Source: Octopus sinensis (taxonomy: Eukaryota). From it: a stretch of DNA of 64,000 nt. Positions 12,801 to 24,830 of this stretch are shown piece by piece. The DNA is taken from assembly GCF_006345805.1 (NCBI RefSeq), contig NW_021833257.1, positions 1 to 64,000 of the forward strand. Direction: 5' to 3'. The position numbers were made by a program, and so were the translations under genes. The notes under the pieces are model-generated. The model was given only the letters and a program-made list of their open reading frames with translations. It made no database searches and was not told the DNA's origin. Numbering within the stretch: the stretch's first letter is position 1; the number at the start of each line of letters is the position of its first letter.

Positions 12801-14141
12801 ATTTTAGTGGCTTCAAGATCTTGATAATCATAATAAAAATTTTTAAAAACAGCAATTTTCTTTTTGTAATAAAATCCATGTAAACTTTTATTTAAAAATG
12901 AAGATGGAACTAAATAATATTAATAAGTAATAATGCCTATTTTATTTTTTTCTTTTTCGATAACCCATAAAACTGAATTATTTAATTCAATAAATGGCAT
13001 TTTCTTGTCTGATTCTATACCCGAATAAAATTTATCTTTTTCTTCAAGTTTTTTCCGATACAAGTTAATAGTATTAGAACCCACAACCACTTGATCAAAA
13101 AATGGGTAAATTAAATACAAATCTGGAAAGTTCAAGATTTATTTTTACATATGTATATTAACGAGTTTTTAATATTCTGTACATATTCAGATTCCTTTTC
13201 AACAAAATGAAACATTCCTTCTATAAAACAAAATAAAATCTACCGTCATTTTTCCATCTGTAAAATGATTTTTCACGGAAATCATAAACACACACTATAT
13301 ATAGTTAATAAATTAAAATACTCAAATAAAATTTATTTTCACGATATTCAATACTCCCTATGAACTGATCGAGAACAATAGTTTCTAATTTATATATTTT
13401 TTGAATTTACCGGATATTGCAACTGGGTAGTTAGAATACGTTTGTTCATTTCTGAAAATAATTGCTAAAAAATTATAAAATAATGAAAAGCTTAATGGTG
13501 TTGGTTTATCTGGGAGAATTTATTGCCTATTATAAATTTATTAGTATTAAAAATACAAGAATCTTCCTCCATTTGAAAAACAGATGGATTCTCAATTACT
13601 TCATCACACTTTGTAGATATTTCGAATGAATCATGTTGACTTAGCGGTATATTATGAGAGTAATTTACTAATTATATACAAAATAATTCTATTACTTTCA
13701 TAAAAATATGTTTCTTGCATTGATTTCGGAATATCAGGTAAAGAAAAAAAATTTAATAAATTTGGGATATCTTTAAATTTTATTACCCAAAACATACCAA
13801 ATGAAGTAGTTTGCATATATGGATAATATTCTAAAAAATTTTTTTGGTAAAAAAACCTGGATAATACTGAAAAGGAATAAATTCTATATTTTTATACAAT
13901 AATGAAACGTGTATATGGATTGTATATGTATGGATAAAAAAGATTTGAATTTAAATTAGATCATAATCTAAATGGTTTATTTTTCAACATGAACAAGAGT
14001 ATGGAGTCAGAAGATCTTCCGAAACAGCATTTTCTGTAAAAAACATAAGATTTATTTGAAACCTGCAGGCTCATTTTGAACTTCAGGAAGATCATTTTGA
14101 TTAGAATCATCAACCTTTGATTTAGAATCATCAACCTCCAT
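9889..14141 (-). CDS. Unidentified multi-exon host gene, Lys/Glu-rich C-terminal half
   Basis: Putative start MEVDDSKSKVDDSNQNDLPEVQNEPA (ATG 14141). Open exons at 12920-13135, 11040-11591 and 10758-11033 are separated by short AT-rich GT-AG gaps. Ends ...TKQKHKK* (TAG 9889-91). No family recognised. Confidence 0.55.
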
Positions 14142-14236
14142 TTGATTAATTTATTAGAGGAATTAAACAGAATTCAAATGAAAAATTATATTTATAAAGA
14201 TAAAATTATGTAATAAAAAATTACGTAATTAATATA

Positions 14237-15597
14237 CAGTATGGTCCAAAAATAGTACACCCCTTGTTTTTTTTGTCGAAAAAGTCTTATATCTGCTAAA
14301 ATAATACATTTATTTAATTATTTTTTTGTGAATTATCTGTTTTAGAGTTTAATGAATTTTTCACTTTATAGAAAATCGAAATGATTTAATTATACATATA
14401 TTTTAAAAAATTAATGATTTTTTAATGGTCCATAAATAGTACACCCTTAACAAATTCAACATCTGTTGTGCTTTAAAATTACCTAATAAAGTTTTATTTA
14501 ATATACAAAAATATTTTTATTTTTAGTTTATGTTTTTTTATTTTTTTAAAGTAATTATTTAACTAAATAATTATCTTATTGTCAGATTTTTTTTATTTAT
14601 GACGTCAAATGTTTCAATTTTTCTTTTTAAATAGCACCACATGTCTTCAATTGGATTTAAATCTGGCAAATTTTTTTTTCTGTCAAAAAACTTTTAGTCT
14701 TCTTTGCAGTATGCTTCGGATCGTTATCTTGTTGGAAATTCGGATTTTCTGAATGATCGTTGATAAAGGGCATCATTTTTTCCTCAAGTATATTAATGTA
14801 CATGTCTGCATTCATGATTCCATTTATGGTATAAAGTTCACCAGGTCCTTGGAAGCTCATAAATCCACATATCTTTATATTTCCGCCGCCATGTTTCATT
14901 GTAGATACTATGCATTTTGGATTTAGTGCACCGCCATTTTTGCGCCACATATGCTTAATTCCATTTGATCTGAACAAATTGATTTTGGTCTCATTTGACC
15001 ACAGAATTCTATTCCAAAAATCCATATTTTTGCCTACATATTTTTTGCAAATTGTAAACGGTTTCTTTTGTACCTTTTTGACAATAACGGTTTCCTTCGA
15101 AATATCAGCCATATAAATTGCATTCATGTAGTCTCCTTTTTATTGTAGATTTTTATATTTTAATAACAGAATAAGATTCCAATTGTTTGCAATTGCAGAT
15201 GAAGAGATTCTTGGATTTTTTTCAGCAGAACGTCTGATTAGACGGATAGATCTGATAGATAACTTCTTCGGTCTCCCCTTTCTCGATTTAAAATGCCGTT
15301 TATTCCGTTTTTCGGTATTTTTGTACAATCTTAGCAACGGTGTTCTTGCTAATCTCAAGTTTTTTGGCAATTTTTTTGTATCCATAGTTGTCCTCGTGTA
15401 TGGAAATAATACGATTTTTAATATCTGAAGAGAGATCAACATTACGAAAGTTCATGTTATTATTTTGACAATAAGATAATTATTTAATTAAATAATTACT
15501 TTAAAAAAATAAAAGAACATAAACTAAAAATAAAAATATTTTTGTATATAAATAAAACTTTATTAGGTAATTTTAAAGTCACAACAGATGTTGAATT
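14237..15597 (-). mobile_element. Tc1 (IR-DR type) transposon, outer part of one TIR lost
   Basis: TA+CAGTATGGTCCAAAAATAGTACACCC at 14235, with an inner direct repeat at 14428. Inverted copy of ~14452-14590 at ~15465-15597. Transposase motifs GRPKKLS, ILWSNETKI, FQQDNDPKH. Confidence 0.9.
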
Positions 15598-15605
15598 CGG
15601 TATGC

Positions 15606-18099
15606 GGAAAGAAAGTCAAGCGGAAAAAACGTCAAGTGGAAAAAAAGTCAAGTCCGTAAGCGGAAAAAAAGTCAAGTGGAAAAAAAGTCAAGTCGTCTTT
15701 GTTTACTTTATATTGTATCTTTTTCGCAATAATAGCAACTTTTAATTTTTAACAAATTTTTTCAATACTTGACTTTTTTTCCTTTACTTTTTTTCCATTT
15801 TTGAAATTTATTCCCTTATAAATTTTCGAAATTTAGCGCAAAACGGAAAAAAAGTCAAGTTCGTTAACGAAATTACGGACTGTAATTTCATTTAAATGTT
15901 CTGCCACAGCTAAGCAACACGTTGTGAAAATAAATTTTAAAAGCTTGGTTCAGAATATCGGTTTTTTAAAACTGATATCACTTGCAATTGTATGCGCAAA
16001 CTTTTTTTCGTTCGCGTTAGCTTCTCGCCTGCCGAAATAGTTCGCTTCCTTTGTTTTATCTATTCTGTTTCATTTCTTCCGGAAAATAAATCACATAAAT
16101 TTTACAAAAAATTCTTAGAGTAGTCCAGATTTTCTTTATTTTTAAAAATTTTTAAATATTTAAAAAAGATTTTTATAAACGTGATGAAAGGATTATTTAA
16201 TTCGAATCAAAAGAATATTTAATATTCCATGCAATTGCTTGTAGGGTTTCTCCTATTGTCTTTTTTCTGTTTTGGCGATCCAGACATATATTTAGCAGCC
16301 TTTGTTGTCGATCGAGTGTACTCTTGTTTTTTTCTTCGTAATTTTTCTTCCGATGGAATCCTGGTCAATAATTGTTTTCGTCATTTTTTCTTCTTTTTGA
16401 AAAGAAGATATAATATTCCATATCGATGGATGACGATATCCCGTCAAATTGTATAATTTATTGTTCCATCCTTCACAATAGTTGTTGTTCTTTGATCATT
16501 ATTGAGCGTGGCTTCATACACATTCCATAAAATTGGAGGGAACAATGGAGAATGTGCTGTATTCTAACAGATAAAGGGTTTTCTTGTTTATTTAAGCAAC
16601 GATAATAACCACGAACATATGTTCGATCAAATAATCTACTATATATTTTGAATCTGGAACATCTTTTGGTATATTATCTATTAGGAATTCTATTCCTTCT
16701 TCCAGATCTTGAATGGGCAAAAACGCAAGAGCGTCTATCATAGCGCAAAAAATGTTGAAGTTAATATTTTCTTTATATTCTTTTACTAAATGCAATTCTT
16801 GAATTTTTCTCCAGGTTGACTGCCTTAGATGATAATAACATCCTCTAATATGTATTCGTCTCCCAAATACTGCAAGGACAGCTCGAAATACCGAATCTTT
16901 CAAAGTCTGCCATAATAGTTTCAAGACAAAATTCCAAATTCAAATTATGAATTGCATTTTGAATAGTCTCAAAAAATTCTTCGTAAATCTTTCTTGATTT
17001 AGAAGGTAATATTCCATAAATAACTGTAATTGGACTGGAATCGAACTCAATTCTGATAAAATATATTTGCTTGAATATGCATGGTGCCATAGAGAAATTT
17101 CCATCCATATACCATACTTTGGAATTTGCCAATAACGTTAAATTAGTATTGGTGCTGAATATTAAAAGTCTATCGTTTCTTCTTTGATTATCATAAATTA
17201 AAAAGTTTTCTGAATCCGACCAAGAGTTGAAGTTAAAAATGATGGAATATCTTCTAGATCTAGAATATTTTTTGGAATATGTAGAGACAAGCGTTGATTT
17301 CTTATTGTTCGCTTGAAAGAATCTGCAGAAGGGAGAATAATTCTGGATGATGTATCACATTGAGAAACAACATTTGAATAGATTTGTAAGGGATTCTCTT
17401 GGCTCTTTTTTGCAAGAAGTTTTGCCTTGTTGCACAACTTCGTCAGTTTTATTTGAGTTTCGTCTAATTCGTGATTGTGAGAGGTTCCTTCTTTAGGAAA
17501 CTCAAAGTTATGATCTGTTCTTAAGCTTCCTCTGCATCCTTGCGAAGACTTTTTAACACAATTAAAAATTATATAATTTTTTGTTGTCGAGTGCCTTGTA
17601 TACATATAACCTTTGAAACAAATTTTTTTCCTCCTTTGTTAGATGATATTATCTCCATTTTGTCACTTATTTTTGCGGCATCCATAATATTTAAGATACA
17701 ATATGCATAATATTTAAGATCAAGGCGTAAGATTAAGCAAATAAGTCAGGCCACTTTTATTATTACTTTGAAGTTCTTAAATTGATTTAGGAAAAGCGAT
17801 TATTTTAAGACGGAAAATAAGTCAAGTTCGTTAACGAAATTACGGACTTGACTTTTTTTCCGTTTTGCGCTAAATTTCGAAAATTATAAGGGAATAAATT
17901 TCAAAAATGGAAAAAAAGTAAAGCGGAAAAAAGTCAAGTATTGAAAAAATTGTTAAAAATTAAAAGTTGCTATTATTGCGAAAAAGATACAATATAAAGT
18001 AACAAAAGACGACTTGACTTTTTTTCCACTTGACTTTTTTTCCGCTTACGGACTTGACTTTTTTTCCACTTGACGTTTTTTCCGCTTGACTTTCTTTCC
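15606..18099 (-). mobile_element. Mutator-like (MULE) DNA transposon with ~260-bp TIRs
   Basis: TIRs begin GGAAAGAAAGTCAAG and are built of GGAAAAAAAGTCAAG repeats. ORFs show a FLYWCH-like C..C..HNH, WYMDGNF, IMADFE, GCYYHLRQSTWRKIQ and an RTNN..EGWN-like motif. No TSD. Confidence 0.92.
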
Positions 18100-18689
18100 T
18101 ACAATCTCCTGGGCATCCTGAAAGCTCTTCCCAACATTTAGGAAGGTACGGATTTAACCGAGTCCTGCTGGGTCGTGGACTTAGTCCCTAAATATATGCA
18201 GTAAGGTTCAATTTCATAAATTCCAAAAAAATATCAAATCTTAGTAAATCCAAAAAAAACTTCTAATTATATTATAATAAAATATTCGTTCTATTATTGT
18301 TAATTTTTTGGAAAACCTAACATAATCGGATAACCACGTTGCTATTCGTGATTTTTTTAATGTTGTGCATTGTTTTTATTCGTGAAATATATTTTCATAT
18401 ATTAAGGGTTAATTTGTATTAAAATTGATTAAATATAGTGTTGATTGATAGAATTTCTTATTATATTCGATATTCTATCATTGAATTGGTTTTATTTTCA
18501 CATAATTTAGTCTTTTTTACATTTTAACCATTCAATATTTCTTGGATTTTTACACATTTTTATTTCTTGCCTATTTTTATATTTATTACAATTTTACTGT
18601 ATGAAAATTTAATAATTTCTATATTCTTGAAATATTTTTATTTTTTTGTTTTTTCTCAATATTTTTTTTTGAATGAGAATTTTGAAATG

Positions 18690-19200
18690 TTTTATGTTCC
18701 GAGTCGAGAATGAAATCGAGCCGAGACTGAAATTATGACAGCTGTCATCATTCCCAATCCTTGTCAAAAATAAGATAATCAAACTTGTAATCCGTCGACC
18801 AAGTGAGCGAAGAAAGGGAAGGGATTTCCCCCTGCTTGTATGGGAAGGTGGACATGCCGTCCCCTCTATCCAGTCCAACAGGTTCGAGGATTGACGGGAC
18901 GCCGGCCGAAGCGAGGGTTCTCTGTATGATCGAGTTGAGACACGGTGGGAGATTTCGATTCTTAGGCATTTCTTGTCCACCAGGTTCCCGATGGAAGGGA
19001 GAGGGAGAGCCTTTAACCAGGCACCGCTGCCTTCACAGCGACCTGCACGGAGGCAAGCGACACGGTGTTGATTGGAGACGGGAAGGATGGCTTTGAAAAT
19101 TGCCTGACAAGAGATTTCGTCCCATTGACGCTGGACAGATTGAGACTTGGGCAGCTTCGAGCCAAACTGAGGCTCTCACCGACCACAGGCGGCAGAGTAA
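18690..19200 (-). mobile_element. CRE-clade non-LTR remnant (copy A)
   Basis: SIIQRTLASAGVPSILEPVGLDRGDG and AWLKALP-type motifs. Paralogous to 40150-40660. Confidence 0.75.
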
Positions 19201-19304
19201 TCGTCAGACAATTTTCGTTTGGGGAGGTTTCCTTTTTCTTTACACCATCTTGCAATCTTATCAATATGACCAAGAGTTATTTTCCATGATATTGATTTGC
19301 TCAT

Positions 19305-21273
19305 TATTATTTATTGTGACCGTCCATAGAATGGACACGCCGTTGAGTGGACACTAGAGCATTAAAAGCAAAATAAATAGCAAATTCTATAAATAATTGA
19401 TTGAAAAAGCATTTTTTAATTAATTAAAATTAAAATATTAATTTAATATTTTTAATTATTTTTTAAGCGTGCAAAATGGGTTTTTGTGAAACTGAAAGCT
19501 TCGGATCTAAAAATAATCAAAGAAATTCAAGACGGCCAGTCAATTGATGAGCCGAATGGGAATGTCGACCGTAAGAAAAGATTTCGATACAAAAATTTGG
19601 CCAAAAAAATGATATTCAATGAAGATAAAGTGTATATTTTACACAAGGGCCTTCGGTTACGTTTTTTTTGTGAGGACGAAGTGGAACTAAGGGAAAAAAC
19701 CTTAGAGGTATTCAAAAAAGTTAAAAAAATTTAGGCGGAGCATAACTACAATCATTTCGGACGAGATAGATTGTTTAGTAAATTGCGAACATCTTATTAT
19801 TCCATATCTCGTCGAGAGATTGCTGATGCTATAAAAAAATGTGTTCATTGTCAGGTATTTTTTATGTTTCAAATTCCTAGTCATTAAATTTGATGGCCAC
19901 TAAAGCTCCTATTACGCCAATAATGCACGAGAACATGCATACACGAATATAATTATTGCCGGAGAAAAAATGATAAATAAACGAAAATGGAGATATGATG
20001 AGGACCCTATAATAGTTGGATCGACAGTTTTACTGAAACAAGTCTCTCTCAAAATTTATTATAAATAGGACAATGATGCCAATATAAGAAGGTATCCGCT
20101 CTATGATGGGTTGGATACAAATACATATACAGTTGTTAAAATCCAGGATGATCTGTTTACGATTCAGAGCCTTAACGGTGAAGAAACAGCTAATGTACAT
20201 ATCTCCAGATTAAAAAAAATTACAGATTAACACTACTTAACTAACTATCTTTAAAATTTTTGCTAGAAATCTTACATCTTTAAGCTAAAAGTCTGTATCA
20301 AACACACCGCGGCCGAAGGCCGCATAGGGAACTGCATCAAATACGTTTTCAATGATAGGGTTAGGATTGTGTTTAGAATTTTGTTAGAAATCCCACATGT
20401 CTTCTTCAACAATTAGGGGTTTAGTTAGGATTGTCCATAGCCTAAGGGTGCATAAGAAGCAATACGTGTGCAGCAATTAAGGTTGTGGTTAGGTTCCATT
20501 TAGAAATCTGTACGGTCATCTCTAAAATTGCTGTTAGGATACCAACGTCTATTTTATTTAATAAATTTTACAAATAAATTCGATTTTATAACTAGTAAAA
20601 AGTATTATTTTAAAATGGTAAACCTCGAAATATAATAAACATTATGATTTTTAATCAATAATCGTAGAAAAAACGGTGTGGTTGGTTTTGTTAGCTCTTT
20701 TATTCTGAAAAAGTCACCAAATTCATCGAAAATAGGCTCAAAATGGGACTTGGAAAAAATTAAGGTATGTTTTATATGAGCAAAATTGAAATAAATGAGA
20801 TTTGAAAGTGTCCACTCAACGGCGTGTCCATTCAACGGACGGTGACATTTATTATTATTATTTAAAGACCAAACACGGGCAAAGCCAGTTAATTATAGTT
20901 ATTCCCGTGATCGCCGATCCAAACGAGGGAGATCCTTCTGAAAGGTTCAATCCTTCCCGCAAGATCGGCCTGAGACGACGATGTCCCAGGGTCTGAGAAG
21001 CGAAGAGTCCTTTTTCGGTAGGCATTAAGTGCCTCCGAGCGTTGCCATATCCGAAGGAATTTCCAACTGACATGGTGGACTCCGTAACGCCACGCTAAGC
21101 CCGGAAGGTAAAGAGATCCCCATTTCCAACTGTGTCGTGCCAGAAGTACTCGTTGCCTCAGGGGCAGGGGAACGATAACGAGAATTAGCCCCAGGATGAA
21201 AACCGGCCTCCTTCGGAATCGAACTCACGACTGTCCAAATCCATTATCCATAGCTTAGTCTTCAGCCAAGGGG
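19305..21273 (-). mobile_element. Short 5'-truncated LINE 3' end with (TAA)n tail, interrupted by a Ginger-like element
   Basis: Absent from copy B (empty site near 40771-40780). Flanked by a 6-bp duplication GCTCAT (19299-304, 21274-279). GC-rich 20860-21273 ends in ...GGTCTTTAAATAATAATAATAAA on the minus strand. Confidence 0.7.
19315..20847 (+). mobile_element. Ginger2/TDD-like DNA transposon, catalytic core deleted, 1533 bp
   Basis: 41-bp TIRs (38/41 match) with TGT...ACA ends and a 5-bp TSD TTTAT (19310-14, 20848-52). Spliced ORF gives H2C2 motif HNYNHFGRDRLFSKLR...KKCVHCQ and a C-terminal segment IIVGSTVLLK...VHISRLKK, with no DDE core between them. Confidence 0.85.
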
Positions 21274-21279
21274 GCTCAT

Positions 21280-21490
21280 GGAAAGATCTATAAAATATCA
21301 TCTTCATAAATGACCATCTCCATGTTAGGATGATTCACTTTAGGAATGTCACACATCTTATAATTAAATAAAAGTGGATTGATGACAGATCCCTGTGGAA
21401 CTCCTCTTATAAGAGAAATTTTCCTCGACAATTGGTTTTCGACGCGTATGAATGTTTCTCTTCCCGAGAGGAAACTCTTCATCCAAAGTA
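21280..21490 (-). mobile_element. LINE reverse transcriptase fragment (continues at ~19200-19298)
   Basis: FLSGRETFIRV...RGVPQGSVINPLLFN...IYEDDIL. Contiguous in copy B at 40660-40990. Confidence 0.8.
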
Positions 21491-22050
21491 AGGCCGTCTT
21501 TTCATAATTATTTTAACGTGGATCATTTTTTATAGCGCGATGTCAGTGTTATGAGTCAACAATTTGTTCACTTGAAACTGTGTTAATAATTTGTGAAACC
21601 ATCCTTTCACCAAGAAATGTAACAATGTCTCTGCATTTGGTTTCCGAAGGAACAGAATGTCCATATTATTAAAAAAATCAATAATGATGTATTTCGTAAC
21701 TTATGAAGTGGAATATTTGCTGATAAAAAATCATTTGCAGATCCACGGCAAAACAATCAGCAGTGACCTCATTTTTACTATTAGTATCCAAAGTATATCT
21801 GGATTCTCAGAATATGCTTTTAGAATGTCTGTGCTTATCAATAAACCATTGCTTATTTGGCAGTTCGTAAGAATTACATAATTTGCAGAATAATTCTGAC
21901 CTGTTCTGAAATGATTTGCTTTCGATAAAAGAGTTTCTTTATATATGAAAAACTCGCGTAGAAAAGTGGAGGAACATCAGAAAGCTCGGATCTATACTGG
22001 CGACTCAGAAGATATTACACGACGGAAAATCTTACTTAGCCAAAATACAA
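21490..22050 (-). mobile_element. hAT-like (CGGBP1-type) transposase fragment (copy A)
   Basis: Paralog of the B ORF DLANAFLSANIPLHKLRNTSIIDFFNKYGHSVPSETKCR, which resembles the N-terminal region of CGGBP1-related transposases. Confidence 0.5.
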
Positions 22051-22695
22051 GCGAGGGTTAGCACTCAAAAATTACAATCGATTTTATGAGAACGTGCATT
22101 AACTAACTAACTTTGTCTTGATTTTGTTAATTTACAATTAACTTTTACAGTCTCAAATCTCTTTATTTAATTTATACAAATTTAGATTGAGATGTCCAGC
22201 GTTACTTCACTTGATATTGATAATTGCGAAAAAGTAATTATTCAATGCGGCAGATGTAATTCAATGCGGCCGCTTCCAACCTCGTATTTAATTGACGTCG
22301 AGCATAGAACGAGACCCAAGCGATCAGCCCTGCCTGTGTCTGCATATATCTTTAGACAAAGTAATCGTTTCAATTATTTTATTAAAACTAAACTTGAGTT
22401 ACATCAAAACATTATTTTAACAAAGTGTATGGATTTATTTAATGAATATCCGCAACAATCCATTTGACGACATAAACTAAGGAATATGTCTTTGTCAAGG
22501 AAATTAATAATCACTCTGATTAGTAATTAAGGATAATTTAATAATTCTGGTGGCGTACCCAGTCCTCATAACCTCCCTAATTCTTAAATTTACCATCCTC
22601 CACTGTGAGTATTACATTTTTTGACATGACACAAGTCAAATTTGAATATAAATTTTATTATTTGAATAAATTATTAAATAATTGTGCACGTTAAA

Positions 22696-23557
22696 ATGAA
22701 CAATGACATGGAAGCTTTGTATACACTAGAAGAGTTGACATATCTAATATTATTATAGAGGAGAGTGCCTCCCATCTTCCTCCAACGACTCGGAAAGCAG
22801 CACAGATTGGGTGGCCTTCACAAATTCTCTACGAAGACATGACCAATACATTCCTCCTTCTCCCCCTGTCGAAGAGGACGACTGGAACATCCCCTCAATC
22901 CACCTCACCAACATCACCTTTCAATTACACCCAGTCGGACTCCTCCGTCTGTCCATAAACCCTATTTCCCTACCGTGGAAGGGACGAGTGATTACCCCTC
23001 CACTTGCAGAGGACACTGTCCTTCTCCTCCACAAAGACACTCCTCTAGGCATAGTTAAAGAAATTTCGGCCTTGTTGAAAACCCTCCTATGTGGTCGGCC
23101 TGTGTGAGGAAGCCCTCGATCTGATTTCTCGGGGAATAGTTTTCTCAACAACACACAAGTGTTCTGTGTCCCCAGACCCCCAATCACTCAATTTGTCTTC
23201 AATGTCGACTCCCTTAAACAGTCTCTTCTTGGAGGTCTAGTTAGAACACGTGGTTCTGACGCTTCTTGGATTGGGAACACTGAACCACCCCCCACAGGTT
23301 GTTTTATTTAGTCTTATTTATAGCACTTGGACTACTCTGACGACGAACAGGAGAAGTGTGCCCGACTCGAGTCTAAACTGGGAGTCACCAATGAGGAGGC
23401 TATACGAATTCGCCAACAAAGGAAACAGAGATCGATCAATCGAAGAAACCACCCCCCACTATGGGAATGTGGCCTCCTCTTGGCGATATCCGCCACGATC
23501 TGGCTACCCTTACTATCCTTTCTCCTATCCACCATTTTGATTTACTTTATTTTATAA
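22696..23557 (+). CDS. Orphan ~250-aa protein with C-terminal hydrophobic anchor (copy A), 2 introns
   Basis: ATG 22696; introns 22719-22758 (40 nt) and 23298-23323 (26 nt). Spliced MNNDMEALGECLPSSSNDSESSTDWVAF...WECGLLLAISATIWLPLLSFLLSTILIYFIL*. Small indels must be tolerated. Confidence 0.65.
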
Positions 23558-24014
23558 AAGATTAAGACACAGTTGAAATGATTCTAATTTGTCTAACATT
23601 TGGAGTATTTCTCTCCTTAATGAACCACGTCTCATAGCTTGTCAAGTTTGTAGGAATAAACTATTAAATCACCACAGCCTGTATAAAACTCATTCTAAAT
23701 ATTTCCGAAAGACACAAATACTCACACTCTACCCATTTAAGAAGTTGTACGTGGTCTTTCTATAGTCTTGTAGAAACCAATTCTCTATCTATTATACAAG
23801 GTTTTATTTTTCTTATTTGTCATTGTAGTCTATGAATACGTTTATATTCTATCGACATGTACACAAAATCTTAAAGGGATGTTGAAAAAATGGCATAAGC
23901 GGATGCACAAGTTGCGGGGAAAGCGATATGTGTTAATAATAAATTAAGTAAATAAGCCACAAAATAAATCAAAGGATAACAGTATTAGTCAACTAACCAT
24001 TAAACCAAGAAGAG

Positions 24015-24830
24015 TCAATATGTTTTATTTCCATGTAGTATCCGCAAGTACTGTTTCTCGGATGGCAGAATCATTGTTCTAATAGCAGTAAAGCGGTTAT
24101 GGCTTCTTCACACTCACTCAGAGAAGGAATAATAATACAATCTTCACCTTGCTAAAAATATACTAAAGTAATTGTCAACCTTCCAATTAACTGGGGTGGC
24201 TAAGGCATGAACATCAGTCATAATGACAGAATCAATCACTCGTAAGAGCTTACTAAAATATTAAAACTACATAAACCTAACATTCCTTCCAGTAGTAGCC
24301 GGATAGAGAATACTAAGTCTCATTTTCATATCTTTATCAATCAAAATAAACCTAAGATTAGTAAAACCAAGCAAAAAAATAATTTATATACCGCACGTGC
24401 CGGGAGAGTATTATTATCTGGGCTAATTTCTCGAGGGTCCAGCATCCCCAACTGGGTGACAATTTTTCTTTCGGAATCGTCTATTATAGGAAATGGCAAA
24501 CTCTCTGTTGTTATATTTCCATGTGCAAGAATGTCCTAATTATTGCTGTGGATTTGAATGTACTTTAATCTATTCTCGGTGGCTCTCCACGGTATCACAG
24601 GACAGGCCAATTAGTTTGACATTTCTTTGTTCAAATTCATTGACCTTTTTTGCTAGTTCAGCTAATTCGGTCCTACAGACCGGAGTAAAATCTCGTGGAT
24701 GTGAGAAAAATAAACATCAACTATATTTATGTATAAAAGTATTACCTTGATCCAATAAAACTGTAAAGATCAAAATCACCCATTGTGGTCTGCAGTTGAA
24801 AATTTGGGAACTTGTCGGACAGACGTTTAG
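24015..24830 (-). pseudogene. PRDX6: 1-Cys peroxiredoxin (Prdx6) pseudogene, copy A
   Basis: [44 protein letters not shown]. Start codon and ~290 bp upstream are deleted relative to copy B. In-frame TGA (24717-19) and TAG (24570-72). Confidence 0.9.

Noticed and set aside
15606-15700. CRISPR-like or satellite array
   Set aside because: The short GGAAAAAAAGTCAAG repeats have no unique spacers and form part of the MULE TIR mirrored at ~18005-18099.
19315-20847. Solo LTR or LTR retrotransposon (TG...CA ends, 5-bp TSD)
   Set aside because: The ends are 41-bp inverted repeats enclosing an intron-containing integrase remnant; there are no direct LTRs, PBS, gag or RT.
22192-22467. ORF MSSVTSLDIDNCEK... 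as a host gene or hAT C-terminus
   Set aside because: The frame is not preserved in copy B (which also lacks ~190 bp here) and the resemblance to a hAT motif is too weak to call.
23570-23990. Small minus-strand gene between the orphan and PRDX6
   Set aside because: Some splice-like signals are present, but I could not build a consistent reading frame in either copy.
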